A DNA stretch of 64,000 bases from Chthoniobacterales bacterium (GTDB taxonomy: Bacteria; Verrucomicrobiota; Verrucomicrobiia; Chthoniobacterales; Chthoniobacteraceae), in assembly GCA_038207335.1 (NCBI GenBank), contig JBBQZX010000007.1, positions 96,001 to 160,000 of the forward strand. The letters are read 5' to 3'. A program made the translations under genes and the position numbers. Below, piece by piece: positions 60,572 through 64,000 of this stretch (position 1 is the first letter of the stretch; the number at the start of each line of letters is the position of its first letter). The notes beneath the pieces were generated by a model. That model saw only the letters and a program-made list of their open reading frames with translations, did no database searches and had not been told where the DNA came from.

Positions 60572-61165
60572 TTACTTCGCCGGCTCGGCCTTCACAGAAT
60601 CCGCCGGCACGATCCGAATGCTCTCGATCGTCACCTTTTCATTCGGCCGATCATTCTCTCCAGTCGGCGTCGTCGCGATTTTCTCGAGGACATCGTCGCC
60701 TTTGAGCAGCTTGCCGAATGCGGTGTATTTGTGGTCGAGGAAAGTCGGGGCGCCGTGGCAGATGAAGAATTGCGAGCCGGCTGAATTTGGATCGCCACCG
60801 CGCGCCATCGAGAGCACGCCGCGGGTATGCGACTTGTCGCTGAATTCCGCGTCGATCTTGTACCCGGGATCTCCAGTGCCCCAGCGCGCCATCTTCGAGT
60901 CGTCCTTCGTCAGTGGGTCGCCGCCCTGGATCATGAAGCCTTTGATGACGCGGTGAAACGCGGTGCCATCGTAAAATTTCTCATTCGCGAGCTTCTTGAA
61001 GTTGACCACGGTTTTCGGCGCCACATCGGACCAGAATTCGGCGACCATCTCGCCCATTGAGGTCTTGATGACAGCGACTTCTTTCGCATCTTCGGCGCGT
61101 GAGACGGGGGCGAGCACGAGACCGAGCGCGCCGGTGAGCAGCAGGGAGAAAATCAGCTTTTTCAT
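60572..61165 (-). CDS. Cyclophilin-type peptidyl-prolyl isomerase, exported
   Basis: Signal peptide from ATG 61165; [23 protein letters not shown]. Confidence 0.95.
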   Translation of the reverse strand: MKKLIFSLLLTGALGLVLAPVSRAEDAKEVAVIKTSMGEMVAEFWSDVAPKTVVNFKKLANEKFYDGTAFHRVIKGFMIQGGDPLTKDDSKMARWGTGDPGYKIDAEFSDKSHTRGVLSMARGGDPNSAGSQFFICHGAPTFLDHKYTAFGKLLKGDDVLEKIATTPTGENDRPNEKVTIESIRIVPADSVKAEPAK

Positions 61166-61292
61166 AGAACCGCAGAGATGCCACGCCCTCGCCGGAGTGT
61201 CACGCGGAGAAAATGCGTCTGGATGCCGGAAGACAAGCGAGCACGGCAATCGCGCTTGCCATCGACGCGCCGCAGCGCGATGGCTTTTCCCC

Positions 61293-61487
61293 ATGAGCCA
61301 CCTGCATCCGGCGCAACGCGAGAGCCTCCGCGCGATGACTCCGGCGCGCCGGCTCGAACTCGGGATGCAGATGATCGCTTCGGCGCGCGCGCTGCAGGCG
61401 GCGGCGATTCGCGCGCAACATTCCGACTGGACGCCGGAGCAAGTCTCCGCCGAGGTGCGCCGCCGCTGGCTGTATGCCCGATCTTAG
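61293..61487 (+). CDS. Small helical protein, putative antitoxin (MenA1-like)
   Basis: 64 aa, RAMTPARRLEL..IRAQHSDWTPEQV; overlaps the NTase gene. Confidence 0.7.
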   Translation: MSHLHPAQRESLRAMTPARRLELGMQMIASARALQAAAIRAQHSDWTPEQVSAEVRRRWLYARS

Positions 61488-62022
61488 TCCGGTGCTGCTT
61501 TTTGCGCGGCCGCTGAACCGGCTTGGCGCTGCCTACATGATCGTCGGCTCGGTCGCGTCGATTGCTTACGGGGAAATTCGCACGACGAACGATGTCGATC
61601 TCGTGCTCGAGTTTCAACCCCGCGACGCAGTGCGGATCGCGACGGAATATCCAGCCGCCGAGTTCTATTGCCCGCCCGAAGAAGTGCTGCGAATCGAGTC
61701 GGCGAGGGCGCACCGCGGGCACTTCAATGTGATCCATCACGCAACTGGATTTAAGGCTGACTTTTATCTCAAAAACGCGGACGCGCTGAGCGACTGGGCG
61801 ATGCGGAATCGGCGGCGGATCGTTTTCGAGGGGGAGGAGTTGAGCTTCGCGCCGCCGGAATATGTGATCCTCGGGAAGCTGCAATTTTTCCGAGAAGGCG
61901 GGAGCGAAAAACACCTGCGCGACATCGCGTCGATGCTAGAAATCACCGAGGTGGATCGCGAATTTGTGAGCGATCACGCGGCGCGGCTGGGCGTGGTCGA
62001 GGAGTGGCGACGCTGCGGATGA
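61474..62022 (+). CDS. Pol-beta superfamily nucleotidyltransferase, putative MenT/AbiEii-like toxin
   Basis: IVGSVAS..YGE.RTTNDVDL, APPEYVILGKL, SEKHLRDI motifs. Confidence 0.85.
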   Translation: MPDLSPVLLFARPLNRLGAAYMIVGSVASIAYGEIRTTNDVDLVLEFQPRDAVRIATEYPAAEFYCPPEEVLRIESARAHRGHFNVIHHATGFKADFYLKNADALSDWAMRNRRRIVFEGEELSFAPPEYVILGKLQFFREGGSEKHLRDIASMLEITEVDREFVSDHAARLGVVEEWRRCG

Positions 62023-62076
62023 CGCGGCACTCGCGGCTTGCCATGCGGGAGGGCGGGCACTGAAGATTGGCGGTCT

Positions 62077-62574
62077 ATGCAAGACATCCGTATCATTCTC
62101 AAGACCGGCAAGGGCGACATCGAGGCGACACTTTTCGCCAGCAAAGTGCCGATGACCGCCGCCAGTTTCCTGAGCCTCGCGAAGAGCGGCTTTTATAATG
62201 GCATCACGTTTCACCGCGTGATCCCGAATTTCATGATCCAAGGCGGCGACCCGACGGGGACGGGCTCGGGCGGGCCGGGTTACAAATTTGCCGACGAGAT
62301 CGACCGCTCACTGAAGCACAGCAAGGCGGGCATTTTCTCGATGGCGAATGCGGGGCCGGCGACGAATGGCAGCCAGTTTTTTGTCACGCACGGGCCGACG
62401 CCGCATCTCGATGGGAAGCACGCGGTCTTCGGCGAAGTGACGAAGGGACAGGACGTGGTCGATGCGATCCGACAGGGCGACAAGATCAAGGAGATCGAGG
62501 TGCTCGACTCGACGGATGAGCTTTTCGCCGCGCAAAAGGCGAACATCGACAAGTGGGCCTCGGCGCGGCGCTGA
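62077..62574 (+). CDS. Cyclophilin-type peptidyl-prolyl isomerase, cytoplasmic
   Basis: [40 protein letters not shown]. Confidence 0.96.
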   Translation: MQDIRIILKTGKGDIEATLFASKVPMTAASFLSLAKSGFYNGITFHRVIPNFMIQGGDPTGTGSGGPGYKFADEIDRSLKHSKAGIFSMANAGPATNGSQFFVTHGPTPHLDGKHAVFGEVTKGQDVVDAIRQGDKIKEIEVLDSTDELFAAQKANIDKWASARR

Positions 62575-62593
62575 GCGCGCCCGGCATTTTTTT

Positions 62594-62774
62594 ACCGCAG
62601 CGGATGCGGCGCGAGCCGCGAGTTTTAAACCACAAAAGCAAGAAGAACGGACTTTTGGCAGGAATCCAGCATAGCAGAAGAGACGAGCGAAACGGATGAG
62701 ACGTCGCCTCCCTCACGTTCCTCCACACTTTGTGCCTCCGTGCCTTTGCGGCTCAAATTTCTCTCCGCTGCGGT
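62594..62774. repeat. Nested inverted repeats between convergent genes (terminator or MITE-like element)
   Basis: ACCGCAGCGGA 62594-62604 / TCCGCTGCGGT 62764-62774; inner GAGCCGC 62613-62619 / GCGGCTC 62748-62754. Confidence 0.5.
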
Positions 62775-62787
62775 CAAAACCCCGCTC

Positions 62788-63759
62788 CTAAAAGACGCCG
62801 GGCATCCCCTCAGTCATCACTGAGATGCGATCCTCGATGCCGTGCGCGCGGGCGCAGGCAAGCAGGCGCTCGGGCGGCTCGTGGAGCGGTTCGTAGCTGA
62901 GGCGGAATGTGCCGTAGTGCATCGGCACCATGCGCTTTGCGCCGAGGTCGAGGAATGCGCGCACGGCCTCCTCGGGGTTCATGTGGACTTCGCGTCCGCT
63001 CGGCGGGTCGTAGGCGCCGATGGGCATGAGCGCGATGTCGATCGGGTGCCGCTCGCCGATTTCGCGGAAGCCCTCGAAGTAAGCCGTGTCGCCGCAGTGA
63101 AAGATCGAGCGTCCGCCGACCTCGATCACGAAGCCGCCGAATCCGCGGTGCGAATCGTGAAGCATCCGCGCGCCCCAATGATGGCACGGCGTCAGCGTGA
63201 TCTTCAGCGGCCCGTGCTCGTAACTTTCCCAATAATGCAGCTCATGCACGCTGCGAAAGCCGAGATCGTGCACGAGATTTCCGACCTCGAACGGTACGAC
63301 GATCGGCTGATCGGCGGCGACTTCGCGCAGCGTGCGGCGGTCGAGATGATCGAAGTGCGCGTGCGTCACGAGCACGACGTCGATGTCCGGCAAATCGTGC
63401 AAATGCAACCCCGGATGCCGCACACGCTTCACGACTTTGAGCCACTTCGCCCAGTTCGGATCGATGAGCACGGACTGCCCGGCGGCTTGGATCAGGAACG
63501 ACGCGTGGCCGATCCATGTGATGCCAAATTCGCTCTCCTTCAGCTCGGGAAAAACCGGTGGCGCCTGCGCCCCCGCGCGCTTCGTGAACAGCGATGGGAT
63601 GAAGACCTGCGTTAGAAAGTTGCGCTTGTGCCAGTCGCCCTTCGGCTTGAGCCCGACCTTGCGCGTGGCGGGCTGCGTCGGCGCGGGCGAATTGCCATTC
63701 GTGTGCGCCGATTTCTTGATCTCGGCCTTCGCTAGGTTGCGCTGGAGGGGCTTTGGCAC
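62788..63759 (-). CDS. MBL-fold metallohydrolase (NAPE-PLD/RomA-like)
   Basis: TWIGHAS, THAHFDH, HHWG, GDTAY, PIGAY..HMNP, PMHYGTF. Start uncertain. Confidence 0.9.
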   Translation of the reverse strand: MPKPLQRNLAKAEIKKSAHTNGNSPAPTQPATRKVGLKPKGDWHKRNFLTQVFIPSLFTKRAGAQAPPVFPELKESEFGITWIGHASFLIQAAGQSVLIDPNWAKWLKVVKRVRHPGLHLHDLPDIDVVLVTHAHFDHLDRRTLREVAADQPIVVPFEVGNLVHDLGFRSVHELHYWESYEHGPLKITLTPCHHWGARMLHDSHRGFGGFVIEVGGRSIFHCGDTAYFEGFREIGERHPIDIALMPIGAYDPPSGREVHMNPEEAVRAFLDLGAKRMVPMHYGTFRLSYEPLHEPPERLLACARAHGIEDRISVMTEGMPGVF

Positions 63760-63822
63760 GGCGGAAAGAATACCTCTTCGCTTCGTGCGCGCGCAAACTT
63801 TCACGCGTGCTACGCTCACGGC

Positions 63823-64000
63823 ATGAAGAGCAAAGCCGAAGTCCGCCACGCGATCCGCGAGGCGCTGCACTTTTCGTCGGAGGAGCATGGGGAGAAATCG
63901 GCGCTCATCCGCGCAGCCATCATCCGCGAAACCGCATGGCAGCAGGCGCGGACGGTCGCCGTCTTCGCACCGCACGGCAGCGAGCCGGATGTCGAATCGC
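63823..64000 (+). CDS. 5-formyltetrahydrofolate cyclo-ligase, N-terminal part
   Basis: Hand translation MKSKAEVRHAIR..AWQQARTVAVFAPHGSEPDV resembles the YgfA N-terminus; runs off the window end. Confidence 0.7.
   Translation, partial: MKSKAEVRHAIREALHFSSEEHGEKSALIRAAIIRETAWQQARTVAVFAPHGSEPDVES

Noticed and set aside
63760..63822. Possible 6S RNA upstream of the ygfA-like gene
   Set aside because: The intergenic gap is only about 60 bp, too short for ssrS.
1..64000. Numerous long antisense or alternate-frame ORFs; tRNA, rRNA, CRISPR, transposases
   Set aside because: Shadow ORFs are expected at this GC content and lack motifs. No RNA gene, repeat-spacer array or transposase signature was seen by eye.

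Overview
A GC-rich bacterial window. The PVC-type heme protein, PEP-CTERM protein and LEPR-XLL remnant point to Verrucomicrobiota (inference). The left ~22 kb is one minus-strand respiratory gene cluster: alternative complex III (actABCDEFG), a ccoN-like/ccoO/diheme cytochrome c module, a duplicated monoheme cytochrome c, an aa3-type oxidase (ctaD, ctaE, ctaF, two small ORFs, ctaC) and heme A/Cu assembly genes (ctaA, ctaB, sco, DUF420). A perfect Rex-type operator lies upstream of it. The standout feature is the CcoN-like protein. It keeps the cbb3 scaffold motifs but, by manual alignment, has lost all six heme/CuB histidines, while CcoO and the c-type cytochromes stay intact. The neighbouring aa3 oxidase has no heme-c domain and lacks the canonical K-channel lysine. 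This suggests a repurposed cbb3 module acting as an electron-wire adaptor in an ACIII-aa3 supercomplex. The rest of the window holds an astacin/beta-helix protease, an ArnT-like glycosyltransferase, pyruvate carboxylase, an orphan integron-cassette-like element, secreted proteins, a putative amino-sugar catabolic operon, two hybrid histidine kinases, a tricorn protease, aguBA, two cyclophilins flanking a MenAT-like toxin-antitoxin pair, and an MBL hydrolase. No rRNA, tRNA or CRISPR array was seen. All calls come from reading motifs by eye; no searches were run.
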